From: Nemertoderma westbladi
Taxonomy: Eukaryota > Animalia > Xenacoelomorpha
DNA length: 64,000 bases
Assembly: GCA_032718475.1 (NCBI GenBank)
Contig: JAUCBJ010008277.1
Location: 4,191-68,190 of the forward strand
Direction of reading: 5' to 3'
Shown here: positions 1 to 13,300 of the stretch, piece by piece
Position numbering within the stretch: the stretch's first letter is position 1
Layout of the letters: every line of letters begins with the position of its first letter
Notes under the pieces: model-generated
What the model was told of the DNA's origin: nothing
The model's database searches: none
What the model saw: the letters and a program-made list of their open reading frames with translations, nothing else
Position numbers and translations under genes: made by a program

Positions 1-272
1 ATTGTCGTGCAAAAATATTTCATGGTGTTTGGAAATTACAGGGTTGGGAAGGATTAAAATGTACGTAGGAGTTAATAGTTATACTGTAATACCCTATCAG
101 AGTTAGTTATGATTATTTGAAATTTATAAATGAATTGGAGTTGAGCTGTTAATGCAACTGTAATTAAAGGTGTCGCGCTTTTTCATTTTTCCATTTCTGA
201 ACAAAACCATAATATTACACATTTGAAATTTGAATTGAATATACAATCGTATATACAAAAGTGTAAAAAGTG

Positions 273-361
273 CCGGGGACATATGATATGTTGTCCCCCC
301 CTACCTGAAAAGTGGGAGGGACATGTCACCCCCCCCCCCCCCCCCTATGGCTGCGCCACTG
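273..361. mobile_element. Right end of a small hAT/Harbinger-like MITE (reverse complement begins CAGTGGCGCAGCC, then a G-run)
   Basis: Ends ...CTATGGCTGCGCCACTG after a C-run and GGGGAC/GTCCCC inverted motifs, a common invertebrate MITE terminus. The matching left end was not found. Confidence 0.4.
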
Positions 362-559
362 CAAAGTTGTTTATTGGTTGACGTCTTCATAAACATGGCG
401 GCTACCTTTCTTAGATAAATCCTCCAAAAAGGTTAACCTGGGGTCGTTTACATCACGAACTGGATCTTGCCTTGAATCACGAGACTTTACACATTGAAAT
501 TGGTGTTTAATATTAATTATTCGGAAAACTTTGTAACTAAAGCAATAAAGTCAGCAGTA

Positions 560-1330
560 TCACTTTGATGTATCCTTTCTAGACAGAGAATTCCGTTTCA
601 ACACAAAATACCTGAATAGTACTGTAAGTGACACTTGCTGTCGTTGTATCTTACTGGGAGTAATCGACTTTTGAGTTAGATGAGACCATGGCGCTAATGG
701 ATGAGACTTTCTCAAGAGACTAACTGCTTCAAGGTCACTCCATTTAGATATTCTACTGTAAATCAGAAAAAAGGGCGTTCCTGATTGTACAGTAGGCCTA
801 TTGAGTATGTGATAACCACGGTGTTTAGCTTGTCTGCACAAAATTATTTAGCCACGGCCTGATTAACTCGGTTGTTGTTGGTTGTTGCACCATCCCTCAA
901 ACAATATCCACAGATTGAGTCGATTACGTAAGAAATTCGTTGAACTTCAGCTACTAATGGGTATTCCTTTACATATTCTCCAATTACATTACTGTACTTC
1001 TCTCTCCTACATACATCGATTACTCGAGTACCTCGAATACTGTAATGTTTAATTTTGTGGGGCAGTGCTCCCCTATCATCGATTAAGCCCTTACATACGA
1101 AGATTAATAAGTTTCTACGGTGCATCACCTTTAATCACTACCGCTCGCCGCTACCTCAAAATACAAACAATTAAATATTATCCCCCTAAAACAGCTGTAT
1201 GCACTTCATATATCAACCCCTGTTCAGACATTGCACAGCTATTCCAACGGCGCAAGATTGTTCACTATTGTTTCACTCGTTCTGCAGCTCACTATAACTT
1301 CACTATATTCTGTGTATTCCTCTAGCGAAT
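560..1330 (-). mobile_element. Decayed 3' fragment of a non-LTR retrotransposon, possibly RLE type (R2/NeSL/Utopia-like)
   Basis: Consecutive broken ORFs (844-1128, 560-841) read ...VIDVCRR...DSICGYC...NNRVNQAVAK / CRQAKHRGYHILNRPTVQSG, resembling the CCHC knuckle, RH(N/D) and EP...KPD region of RLE elements. Stops and frameshifts are present. Confidence 0.4.
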
Positions 1331-2168
1331 CTAACGACATCACAACTATCGTCCAGTTTCAGAGGCCCACGCCACACACCTGGAACTCAGATCCGTTAGA
1401 GATCGGGGACAATAAATCGAGACGATCATTCCGTTTTCATGTTACAAAAATTATCTGTATATATTGTATACTGTATACACCATTATACATTATGATCAAA
1501 ACTTCAGTATGAACTACTGTAGACAAAATTTTGTGTTAATTTCTAGGCCACCAGAGAATCTCTTCATATAAACAAAATAAGTTATACTTTTTAGTTCCAT
1601 ACTTTAATTACCCTCTAATTAAATATCTAGCATCAATACGGCGCAATTTTTCTTTCTTAAAGTCATTAAAGGTGAACGAAAGACAACAACAATCGTTTTC
1701 ATTGATTGCAGGCGTTGTCCCACCCATATGTCTCATTTTATCTCGCCGTCATCCTACCCACCCACCCTGGCAGCACTAGCTCTGCTATTAGTCAGGTGTG
1801 ATAGTGTCCATGTATCTAACCAAAAAATTGCTTGTAATCATACAGTAGTAGCATAATAGATACATGTGTTGCTCTTAGTTTGATGGAGTATTTTAATAAA
1901 TTCAATTATATTCATCGATTAAATATGCCTCCATATAAAATATATATGGTATAATAAATTTGATTCATAAAGTTGAGAAACCTGTGCATCTATGTATATG
2001 AGGCGCCGTTAACATCTAATGCAACATAAATTTACGTTCTTAAAAAATTACAAACGGCTAGAAGGAGGGCTTCACTCAACTCAACTGGTAGGCCTACTAC
2101 TGTACTACTGTACTACAGTACTACAGTTTACTAGTACTATACTGAAGCAGTGCTGCAGTGAAGACCGG

Positions 2169-4042
2169 TGTAACAGCGGATTCTGTCCCCCCGCGGATAT
2201 GGTCCGGGGGGACCGAATCCGCTAGCGGATTGAGTCCGGGGGGACCGAATCCGCTAGCGGATTCTGTCCCCCCTCCGCAGATTGAGTCCCCCCTTAAATT
2301 ATAATTCTACAGTACAGTCAGACAGTGCTGAGTGCAGCAGTACTGGTCACTGGTACTGACATAGCAGCGTAGCTTATGCATTAAATTATAGACTGATTAA
2401 AACTGCAGTAGCTACCACTACTGCGTTAAACTAAATTCCCACATCTGTATAATATACTGATATAGTCGTATCAGTACAGTAGGCTATTATGGCCAACTTC
2501 GATGAGACACAGCTTTATCAAGCCGTCTATAATTATATTTCGGGAGATGACACATATCCAGTCAATTCAACAAAGTTGCAACTATACTCAGGAAAGTACG
2601 GTGGCTGAATTGTGCCACTTAATACTTTTTTTTTATTTTTTTTTTGAAGCGACTTTTTGGTCGACCAAAAAGTACTTTTTGGTCGACCAAAAAGTAGTTT
2701 TTGGTCGACCAATAAGTCGACTTTTTGGTCGACCAAAAAGTAGTTTTTGGTCGACCAAAAAGTAGTTTTTGGTCGACCAAAAAGTACTTTTTGGTCGACC
2801 AATAAGTCGACTTTTTGGTCGACCAAAAAGTACTTTTTGGTCGACCAAAAAGTACTTTTTGGTCGACCAAAAAGTCTGGAAGTATTATCCAATAGAAAAC
2901 ATACAACTATTTTCGAGGCAAAATCAAATTACATTAAGTGAATTAGGTGGTTATTTAAAACTGTAACACTATCATGATGAAGGATTAATATCCTAGGTAC
3001 CGGTAGGCCTAGCGATCAATATGTTTAACAAAGCTTTATGTACACCGGTACAGTAATTTGATTTTACCTCCAAAATACTGTAGTTATATATATGTTTTCT
3101 ATTGGATAATACTTCCAGACTTTTTGGTCGACCAAAAAGTACTTTTTGGTCGACCAAAAAGTACTTTTTGGTCGACCAAAAAGTCGACTTATTGGTCGAC
3201 CAAAAAGTCGACTTATTGGTCGACCAAAAAGTACTTTTTGGTCGACCAAAAAGTCGCTTCAAAAAAAAAATAAAAAAAAAGTATTAAGTGGCACAATTCA
3301 GCCACCGTAGGAAAGCGGCTAATTTCAACATTATAGATTCATTATGGATGAGGGATGGTTACATGATGAGGAGGAAGATATTGTACTGTCCCTATTACAG
3401 TAATAATCATACTGTAGTTCGAGTTGTCAGGTGTCTTTGGTTGGATTTGTCATTGGTCAGTTTGGTGTCATTTCGTTTAATTAATAATATTAAATGAATT
3501 AATTACCTAGGCCTAATATAAATGGTTTTACAGATAGTATTTTCTGGGGGGAGGGGGGGGGGGTATATTCAGTTCAACTGTTACACCTAAACCCAACTGA
3601 GTAACAGTTATTCATATTCATTCATGTTCATTCATATTATTAGTTTGCAGGTGGGGAGGATAAATTTTCTAATAATAAAAAGGCTAAAACAATATAACCT
3701 CATTACAATAAATTTATCGTACTACGAAATTGGAGAGGAGCAGGTTACACACAATGTTTTCTAACCAGAACAATAAACGATACATACTGAATAACAGGTC
3801 TGTCAGTATTGTATCCATTGACAATAGGGAAGGGAAGGGAACCGAGCAGTCTGGCAGTGTATTTTGAATTTATTGCAATAACATTGGGGGGACCAAATCC
3901 GCGAACGAGGACCCAATCCGCTAGCAGATTTGGTCCGGGGGGACCAAATCTGCTATAGCGGATTGGGTCCGGGGGGACTAAATCCGCTAGCAGATCTGGT
4001 CCGGGGGGACCGATTCTTCGGGGGACTGAATCCGCTGTTACA
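2169..4042. mobile_element. Non-autonomous Ginger-like DNA transposon (TGT...ACA termini, CCGG TSD)
   Basis: TIR TGTAACAGCGGATTC at 2169 and GAATCCGCTGTTACA ending at 4042. CCGG flanks at 2165-2168 and 4043-4046. Subterminal GGTCCGGGGGGACCGAATCCGCTAGCGGA-type repeats occur at both ends. No transposase ORF. Confidence 0.75.
2599..3307. mobile_element. Foldback MITE, Tc1/mariner-like (TA TSD), with arms built from palindromic repeats
   Basis: TA|CGGTGGCTGAATTGTGCCACTT ... AAGTGGCACAATTCAGCCACCG|TA. The inverted arms (~2599-2935, ~3050-3307) contain tandem TTTTTGGTCGACCAAAAAGTAC palindromes. Confidence 0.85.
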
Positions 4043-4043
4043 C

Positions 4044-4750
4044 CGGTACGTACTAAAAGGTAGAACGATCTATAACGGGCTATAACGATCTATAACGGGC
4101 TATAACTTTCTATAACAAGCTATAACCACCTTATAACGAGCTATAATCTGAAAATTTACAATAAAAAAACATATTTTAGAATGGATTTATTTTCCTAGTC
4201 AGTAATTTAATTAGGCCTACGCAATTTAGTTTTTTACCTAGTCCATATTACTTTTCATCTTTGTGGTATCACGAAATCAGTCATTACTGCATTAGTCAAC
4301 ATGCCACTACTGCACTACTGCATTATCTGACTATCAGACAAGTGCAGCAGTGAGGAGGTCTCCCATCTCTCTGTCTATCCTCCATCCTGCTATCCGCTGT
4401 CAGCTTCTGGTCGATATAGAATACAGGAATTTGAATTTAGTGAGTAATAGGACAATAAAAAAAACTTACCAGTATATCAATGTCAATTAGGCATAGGCAG
4501 ATAGGCCTGCCCTAATTTTTAACCTGCAGTATTTTTCAGACCACGTGTTAGGCCTAATCCAAAAGTTAAACACACCCAAGGGGCGTTTTTTTAATGTAAA
4601 TTTTCATATTACTGTATTACAGTATTATAGCTCGTTATAGATGGTTATACAGTTATAGCTTGTTTATAGAAAGTTATAGTCCGTTATAGATCGTTTATAG
4701 CCCGTTATAGATCGTTAGGCCTATACCTTTTAATACTGTAATACGTACCG
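4044..4750. mobile_element. MITE with CTATAAC-repeat TIRs
   Basis: CGGTACGTA...(CTATAAC repeats) at 4044-4150 is the imperfect reverse complement of (GTTATAG repeats)...TACGTACCG at 4620-4750. Probable TSD is TGAAGTAC (4751-4758) versus TGAAG-AC (2159-2165). Confidence 0.7.
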
Positions 4751-5097
4751 TGAAGTACCTTGCCTGCTACCGCAGAACCTGAGTACAGCACAGCAGCAGT
4801 AGGCCTACAGCAGTACCGGTACTCTAATACCGGTACTGTAATAATCTGATAATAGATCACCTGATCACAGAGCTGTAGAGACATCCATTCATCTTACTGT
4901 CTTACTGCTGTACGGTACCGTACAGCCGTACCTGTACTCGTACTGTGCAATATCTGTAACGGTATATCGCCCTATTTCTGTATTTCCAATTATTTAACCA
5001 AGGGACTGACTGACTGAATAAGGATACATACCGGTAATATATACCAGTATACCTACCCTACCCTACCTGCCTTTGCCTACAGCACAGGAATATAAAT

Positions 5098-5916
5098 ATG
5101 TCTGCCCCTCCTGCTAAAATCTCGAACACCGATAACGGAATGACCGGTAAGCCGGAAGATGGAATGTACCGGTACGTAGCAGACGCTACGACCCAAAAAG
5201 CAATTGACGAGATCGACAATATTCAGTTCGACCTCGATAGGATAAACGCGAAAGCTTCAGAAGAGATCCTAAAAGTCGAACAAGAACTCAATCGAACGCG
5301 GAAACCGTTGTTCGATAAACGCGCTGAAATTATCGACAACATCCCCGACTTCTGGCTCTCCACATTCATCCACCATCCCGTCTTCGAGGGTTTCCTACAC
5401 GACCAGGACACCGAGGTCCTCCAGTACCTCACGAAACTGGACGTAGAAGAATTTGACGGCGATAAATCCGGCTACAAGATTAGTTTCTTGTTCGAGAATA
5501 ACCCGTTCTTTGAGGAAACTTCGTTGACTAAAGAATTCCGATTGAATGATATGGGCGAACCGGTGTCCAAGTCGACCCCGATAACTTGGAAGTCGGGAAA
5601 GGATTTAACGAAACGGGTAGCGACGCCGTCCAAAGAGGGTAAGAAACGGCCGTACGAGGAACCGGAGAGCTTCTTCTGCTTCTTCAACGACGATATGGAC
5701 AGTGGCGCTGTGGAACTCTCTGAGGTCATCAAGGACGATATCTGGCCCAACCCGCTGCAGTACTACCTGCTTGGGGAGGCTGATGATGAGGACCTCGAAG
5801 AAGAAATTGACGAGTTGGGGGACAAAGAAGAAGAGGAAGAAGATGATGATGAAGAGGAACCGGAGGACGAGGAAGTTGATGGCGGTGAGGTGGGGGAGGA
5901 GGAAGGTGGGGTCTGA
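5098..5916 (+). CDS. SET: SET / TAF-I (NAP family) histone chaperone and PP2A inhibitor, 272 aa, single coding exon
   Basis: N-terminus MSAPPAKIS; dimerisation helix QKAIDEIDNIQFDLDRINAKASEEILKVEQ; NAP motifs IPDFWLSTF, NPFFEETSLTKEF, TPITWKSGKDLT, ESFFCFF and EVIKDDIWPNPLQYYL; acidic tail. A pyrimidine tract plus AG at 5081-5082 suggests a 5'-UTR intron. Confidence 0.95.
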   Translation: MSAPPAKISNTDNGMTGKPEDGMYRYVADATTQKAIDEIDNIQFDLDRINAKASEEILKVEQELNRTRKPLFDKRAEIIDNIPDFWLSTFIHHPVFEGFLHDQDTEVLQYLTKLDVEEFDGDKSGYKISFLFENNPFFEETSLTKEFRLNDMGEPVSKSTPITWKSGKDLTKRVATPSKEGKKRPYEEPESFFCFFNDDMDSGAVELSEVIKDDIWPNPLQYYLLGEADDEDLEEEIDELGDKEEEEEDDDEEEPEDEEVDGGEVGEEEGGV

Positions 5917-6849
5917 ACGTCCCATTAGTCCGTACTTGTGCTCCCCTCGCAATACTTTGTAAAGCCAAGCCGACTGGAATTCAACCTATTTTTTGTATAA
6001 ATAACAATAGGCCTACCGGTAGGCCAATTCAACAAATTATTTAAAAAATCGTTAAAACTAATTAATATTCATCCGATATCGCGCTGTTATGAGAAGATTC
6101 ATTCCTACATACTCCCAGTATAAGGGCAACACATTATGTTCCGTGTACATCAATAGCATCTAATAGTATCATGTAACAGTTATAGTCAATACAAATTGTT
6201 GATAGCGGGGTCCACTTTATCTCCTGGCACACTGGTCACATGCCCATAAACTCCACTGCGATTGCTTTATTTTTTTACACCGTTGTATTATTGACGTTGT
6301 TATCTTTCATTGGGTTTAATTACAATCATGTTATCAGACATACAATAAGATTCATATTTTCACGTCGTGTTTAGTATGTTATTAATTAATATATTACATT
6401 GAGATAATAAACTGTTATTTAACAATTATATTATTAATATGTTATCTGGCACAACTAATTTATTTTACTCCCCTCTTGTGTACAAGACACGCGACATTGT
6501 GATGAGAAACAAAACTATTGTCAATCGGATCATATTCCGCAATTACCCAACTTACTTATTATGTTTATGGCAGCACATTACCCCAATCATCACGAGTCTC
6601 ACACAACTTATAAAATATTGTGTTTTGCCACACTGTAGTACATCGTTAATACACATCATAGGCCTGTTTTAGCGCTGCTTTTTTATATGAGGGTTTCAGT
6701 GGTCTATTCTATATTTGAAATTTTAACATTCAACTTAAACGATAAATGTCTAGAAATTATTCAAACTAAATAAAGCTCGAAAAAAGCTCAGAAAAAATAA
6801 GATATATTCAATCTTTAACAAAATTCTAGAATGTGAATTTATTCAACCA

Positions 6850-7570
6850 AAAATGTTTACAATAATGACCAAATTATCCTACCAAATCCGCGAGTGCCTA
6901 CTCCTAATACAACTTGAGGCAGTCCAAAAAGGTCTCAACCTCGCATAAAAAAAACTCAGAAAGACACTCGAAAGAACTTGGTCTTTAGGTGACGGGAGAG
7001 GTCTGATTTCCAGACATGGTAACCGTTTTTGATAGATTTAACCGTCGGTTTCGGATGCTCTCTATCCATGACCCAATCCAAATTCCTTAGCAGCCCTTTC
7101 CACTTTATGTAGTAGAAGTTGTGCATCTGCTAGGGTATTAGAAAGCAGAGCAATATCATCTATATCTATGAGGAGAGTTCTGCTGTTTCTACGTTCTTGA
7201 AATGTGAACTCCACCAATTGTAGCTTTCCTCATTGGGTTATTCCAATACTATGATATAGTAATAGAAATAATGTGTCACCTTGCAGTAAACATGCCCGGG
7301 TTGATAAGAACCTAGTTTGAGTTTCTGGCGAGAGTACCTGAGCTTCTGTGTCACAATATACAATAACAATCCAACACCAGCAACTTTTACCTCTGGTTTT
7401 CCAAAAGCTCTTGGTGCGTCCAGCATTTTTTAACTCTATGGATGGAGTCGAATGCTTTCGTCCACAAAAGGCAGAACTGCGGGAAGGTTCCCCTGTTTCT
7501 ATAGGTGCTCGATGTTTGGTGGCTGCCCAAGCAAGTTGCTGAAGTAATCGTTCGATTTCCAATCTTCGTA
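6850..7570 (-). mobile_element. Decayed RTE-like LINE reverse transcriptase fragment
   Basis: Minus-strand motifs KAFDSIHR (~7430-7460), LLQGDTL (~7275) and DDIALLSNTLADAQLLLHKVERAAKEFGL (~7080-7165), interrupted by frameshifts. Confidence 0.75.
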
Positions 7571-7669
7571 CAATATGTGAGCAGTGGTTGCTTCACTTTT
7601 GTGTTTGCCCTATATGTACTGTACTTCTCCCTTATTTAAAACGACTCAGTCTCCCGACCACGTATGTTC

Positions 7670-9200
7670 AGCATACTTGCAGCATATGGGATTCCTGAGG
7701 AACTTATTGCAGGTACTGTATCAGATCACCTTTCGATGGTTCCCCGCCACATGTGTGTCTACTGCTGAAAGTGACCCATTCGAAGTCTTATGGAGAGTCC
7801 TTCAGGGTGACACACTTGCACCATTCTTATTCGTAATTGTGGTTGATTATGTTCTACACATGTCCTTAGACATCTTATAAAGATGTGATGGTAACACCCA
7901 TCACGGGCACAATGAATAGAGGACATCCAGCAGCACAGTACCCTACTGATGAGTTAGGGGTAGGCCTACTGACCGAATCACTAAAGGGATCCCAAAGGCT
8001 CCTCTGCTAATTGGAGCAGATTGCTTCTAAAATTATCACAGAGAACCTTGACAGCCCTCAAGAAATGTCTGATCGTAAGAGCATAAGTTCCGGTCTGGAA
8101 TTGGAATTGGAATTTTTTATTTGACGTTAAATCAGTTAAAACAGGCACTAAGTATATCATTAAAATATAAGATAATATATTTTATAATATATAAGATAAT
8201 ATTATATAATAATAAATAAAAGAAAAAAAAACATAATTTTGGTAAAATTTAGGACTAACAAACATAGTGGATACGAGTTAAAATGTATAAATGCAACAAC
8301 CACAAAATTATTGTAATTTTACTAAAAAATATTGTAATTATTATACAGTGATAAGACATTTAGGACAAACGGAAACAGTGGATAAGATATGTAAGGTATA
8401 AATAAAAGCAACAACGACCACACAATAATTATAAAAACGTTCGGCATCAATAAAATGTATCTATTAGTAATCAAAAGGTTTACGTTGCCTTTTTAATACA
8501 TTTTTAAAACTGTATTTATTTACTGTTTATTGTCTTATTTTAAAATAATATGTACTGTATATATTTCTATTCTGCTATTTCTATTACTATTCTGCTAGGC
8601 TGCTATTTCTATTAGCTTTTTCTATTGCTATTTATATTACTTGCTTGAGCACGATGATGATTTATGCTACGTGGGATCATGGATCCGAAGGTCAGGTGAA
8701 AACCTTCGGATACGCAAGGGAAAGACATAGGCAGCATTGAATAGTTTGGATTTGGAAGACCCATAGAATTAATTGGAACCCCAAGGTTCGATTATTTATG
8801 GCAGTGGTTAGTACCAGTACTGTTATATGGGAGTCCATGCTGGGCTCTAACTGCAGAGAATGCACTTTCACAAGAATGCTGCACCGGGTTCATTGTTTCA
8901 AGTATAATGAACACATTTCCAATCAGACTCTATACAACATTGGAGGATTTAATTAGTCTCCCCTAGCTTGAGACCTGAACGGACCATCTCCGCTTTGCCG
9001 GACATTGCTTTTGCCGTGAGGACCAGTCAGTGCATAATCTTGTGCTTCGGTGGCCGAGGGCATAATCATGGTTCAGCCCATAACTTTCTTTAGACGCATC
9101 TTAAATGACACTGGCCATGGAGATGCGGATTATCTAGCAAATGACATGGGTGATAGGGAGTTGTGGCGGTGCAGCTTTGTCGACAAGTCGGCCATTGAAA
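7670..9200 (+). mobile_element. Decayed RTE-like LINE fragment (RT to 3' end) interrupted by an AT-rich insert (~8100-8640)
   Basis: Motifs VLQGDTLAPFLFVIVVDYVL (~7795-7860), YVGSW (~8668) and LLYGSPCWAL (~8820-8850). The 3' part matches 49920-50420 in reverse complement. Confidence 0.75.
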
Positions 9201-10339
9201 TATAATAGACATGAGAATGTAATATATATAGCTGCATTGCAGCATGCCGATAGTAGTAGCAGCAGTAGTATTTTTTTCTGGCAGGTGTTGTAAAACCTCT
9301 TTAAGATCTTCTTTAGCGTTCTCAAACTTTGTTGATCTTTTCAACTGTTGCAATATTTACTTTGTACTAGTTTGTTGTCCTATCCCCTACCTGTACAAGC
9401 GGCTTTACCGCTGTTGGTTGGTTACTTTCTACTGTACCGACCTTGATTGTCTCTGTCAGCATCGCACGCCGTTGGTTGATTACCCTGCGTACACGTACAG
9501 TACAACATTATTTACATACGGTACTATAGCTCTGAGGACCCTGACCCGCATTTGTATTTCAAATCAATTAAATACACGTACTTCTTTAACATACAGTACA
9601 TCCCTTCTTATCATGATCGTAATCGTGATTGTAATCGAATGGTACATATACTGTATATTGGGATGGGGAATAATATACCTACCGCCTACCGGTACAGTTA
9701 CAGTATGTCAATTTTTGTTTTAAATTATAAATTCTTAAATACCACAAACTGAGTCTGTGAATATGGCGACTGCCTGACTGCTAGAGGTCTATAACTACGG
9801 GTACCTAATTTCTGTAAGTGGCCCTCAAGCTGAAACGAGATTGGGTCCGTGTCAGACCAGCCAGCAGACTGTTGCCAGGTGCAGGTGCCAGGTTGTGTAC
9901 TATTAGCTGATTAGGCTAATTGCCAATTTAAACACCTGAAACACTGAACACCGTACTACCGCCTGGTCTCTGGGTCTGCAGGTTGTGTTGTGTGATATTA
10001 ATTGTAGGCTATTAATTGCCGATTAATTAACTGTACTGCCGCCAGGTTGTATTGTGTACTATTGCTTTATTGTAGGCTGGTAGGTGTAGGCTAATTCAGT
10101 AATTCAGTAATTGCCAATCTAAACACCGTACAGCCGTACTGACTGACAGACTGACTGACGTCTGGACGTATGTATACCTGTATAACGGTAGGCCTAGGCC
10201 TGCGTAGTACATGTAGTATAATATTATGTTACCGGTATTCAGGCAGAAAGGTACCGGTATATGATGATTAAGCCTACTGGATTATGAAATTTTTATTGGA
10301 GATAAGCGATAATCAGATAATCGCTAATGCTGCCCTGCA

Positions 10340-13300
10340 ATGACTGAGAAATTAAACCAAGAAGATGATTCGCTAACCATTGATGAGAAATGGTTTGAAA
10401 TTACTCATCAGATTTCTAAAATCAATTCTAAAACGCTTATAGGCCCCCTGCTTCAAAGTGCAACGGAAGCGAAGAGGAAGATTGATGAAAAACGTTCTTC
10501 TGGTCCGTTGGCTTTTATGTTTAATCGGCGAAAGCCGAGCAACAGCAAAGATGGGGATATTAAATTAAGGTAGGCCTACCGGCAGATCAGCTAGGTTCCA
10601 GGCTACAGAGCTAAGCCTGTAGGCAGCTAGGTTCCTACACTGCAGTACTGTGCCTAGCAGCCTAGCTTGGTCCCGCTGTTCAGAGTAGCTGGGTAGGCGG
10701 GTAGCTGCCAAGGCAGCAAGGTAAAGTAGAGCCAGTATAAAGGTAAATCATTTAATTCCGTGCTGCTGTACTGTAATTAATAAAGACCACAAAAGTATTT
10801 CTTTGATTTTTAAGGAATTTACCGGTACAATAAACTGAATAAAAGTTTTCTATAAAATTTTTTTATGATGCTTTTCAATATAATAGTATTAATTATTAAA
10901 CAAAATACGCAAATACCTCATTTTATATATTATTTGTAAATACCTACCGGCATAGCTGCATAGTTAGTTCCACTTCGCCTGTAGTTACTGTACTTCGTCT
11001 TTGTTTTAATTAAATGGCTGGCCCAACAATTTTTCTACAAATCGCAATGCGATTGAATGGCATTTTAAATATAGTTAGTTTGATATCTCTACTTCTTACT
11101 GGATGAGTTACAATGTTTATTTTCGGCTTCGATCTCTAGCTCTCAGTCTCACCCAGTCACAGACTCACAGCCGCCGTACATTGTCTACAAAAAATTTTAA
11201 AAAAGAAATAAAAATAATATTGGTGGTCTTAAGGGTTTTCATAAAATGTTGTTTCTTTTGAATACCTATGTGTTCCATGTGAAAATAAAATCCTGTATTC
11301 AGATATTACTTACCGTAATTCGGGGTGACCTGATACATTGAGGTGACTTGATACAGCAAGTTATACTTTTTTTCTTTAACGGATTGTGGGTAATTGCGTG
11401 ATGTTATGATAAAAATTGAAATATTAGAAGATGTCTGAATAAATTGTCTATGAAATAGTAAAATAAATTTTGTCATTGCTTTGCATTTGTGATCACTAGA
11501 GCCCAAAATGCATTTTTCAAAAATTCACTTTTTTTTTATGTCAAAATATAGGTCGAATTTTTGACACTTTGGGTTAATGTTGTTCAAAAATTATTTTTAC
11601 AGATGCTAATAGATGAGTTTGAATATTATGATCCTAAAAAAATTTACAAATTTTCATATGAATTGTAGGTGGAGTGCCCGTTTTTTGAATGTGTATCTTA
11701 AAATGGGGTGACTTGATACATATATACGGTATATTGTAGGCGAAAATGTTCTGATACCTGTGACTTAAACGTTGATTTGGCAAAATTCAGAAATTTGTGC
11801 TTAAATTCATTGATTTAGTTTGCAGTTTTTTCTAAAATGTTTTGTCTTATTTACTGGTGTCAGGATGTCACTATGCAATGAAGGTCTTTTTCGTTTTTAA
11901 AGTGCAATTTAACTTGTTAAATATGAAATATTTTGCCATAAAAAATGGAGTTATTTTTAATTTTAGCTATAATTTTATATCCCCGTTAGGTGGGGACTTC
12001 GTTCTTTTTTTAAAATTTCCAAGATGTATCAAGTCACCCCCACAGCCTACAACATGATCCAAACTCATTCACAGAGTGGTATTATTGCGGAAAATTTGCT
12101 TGTGTATCAAGTCACCCCGTTATGTGGGGTGACTTGATACAGCTGGTTTTTAAGAAAAAAACACCACTAGACTAAGCACCTGAAATAGTGCTTTAGTCTA
12201 GTGGTGTAGTAGTAGTACTCATCCCGACTATAAAATTTTCTTTTTATTCCATCTGTGGAGGATAAAAACTTCAGAAGATTCAGAAGAACTTCACAGTTAA
12301 AGGCAAAATCTGTATGAAGTCACCCCGAATTACGGTATAATATATTATATTATTATTATTTATAATTTATTCAGATATTCTTCTATTTTATTTACAGCAC
12401 TCTGCCACGGAGTTCCCATAGGAACCATACATTCCAACTGACCTCATTAAGTCCCCCCTCGTTCTGCGATCACTGTGGAGAGTTTATTTGGGGTCTCACA
12501 TCCAAGTGTCTGCGTTGTAAAGGTAAGTTTATTGGGGAGATTTTATGGGGAGACCATAAAGAGTGAAAATTTAGCAACCAAGAACAATCTTTTTTATTTT
12601 AAGATGATGATTCGAAGTATGGTATGGTGCACAAGAACTATATAATGTTGGTTATGTAAGGAGGGTTGTTGTGTGAGGGATTGCTTTCCTCTTGCCACTA
12701 TCACAATGTATTAGTCACACCTTGGTGTATATAGAGGTTGCATTAAATTCACATCTCTCCGGAGGTCGTGGGTTCGATCCCGACATGGGGACCAGGGCAG
12801 TTTTCGTTTCGGCACGAATGCTTTTAAAGGGACTAGCCAGGGTGCTTCTCTGCCTTGCATCCTTAAGTGGTAGCTAAATGAGTGCCAGTTTCTTATGGGG
12901 TGTACAAGTTCTGGCGGGACCGCACTGGTAATAAGTCGTCAGACTTTGTGCGTAATCCCCGGCCTAATGGTCGAAGAAAATTAACTTTTACTTTAATGGG
13001 GTGCTGGATGTAGCAGATAGACGGCAATCCGAGGTTATGGGTGCAAAGTACCTCAATCACAGTAATACTATATTTATCAAGTTATGCGATATGGTTGATA
13101 ATCTGGGGGAACTGAAATTCGGGTTACTGAATTAGTAAATTATTTTCAATGACAGTAGTGCTAAATATAGATCGACTTTAAATGGAGCTCAGTTAGTAAA
13201 AAACGGTGTCGAACTATCCCATGGAACATTTTGTAGAATTAATTTGAAAAGGTAAGGGGTGGGGTGGGCTGGGGGTAGACTTGCTAAACACGTTATTATA

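Noticed and set aside
2502-3287. Overlapping ORFs with FGRPK/WSTKK/LVDQK repeats
   Set aside because: They are translations of the palindromic MITE arms and appear in all frames on both strands.
7940-7990. CTGATGAG...CGAA hammerhead-like string
   Set aside because: There is no GAAA or stem I/III, and it falls in the decayed YADD region of the LINE RT.
6850-9200. Divergent LINE fragments as a single twin-primed 5' inversion
   Set aside because: Both fragments contain the QGDTL motif, so they overlap in RT coordinates and are separate copies.
12760-12800. tRNA gene (also 29540-29570, 29310-29330)
   Set aside because: Only a B-box/T-arm-like motif is present, with no complete cloverleaf. The first two are better explained as SINE heads.
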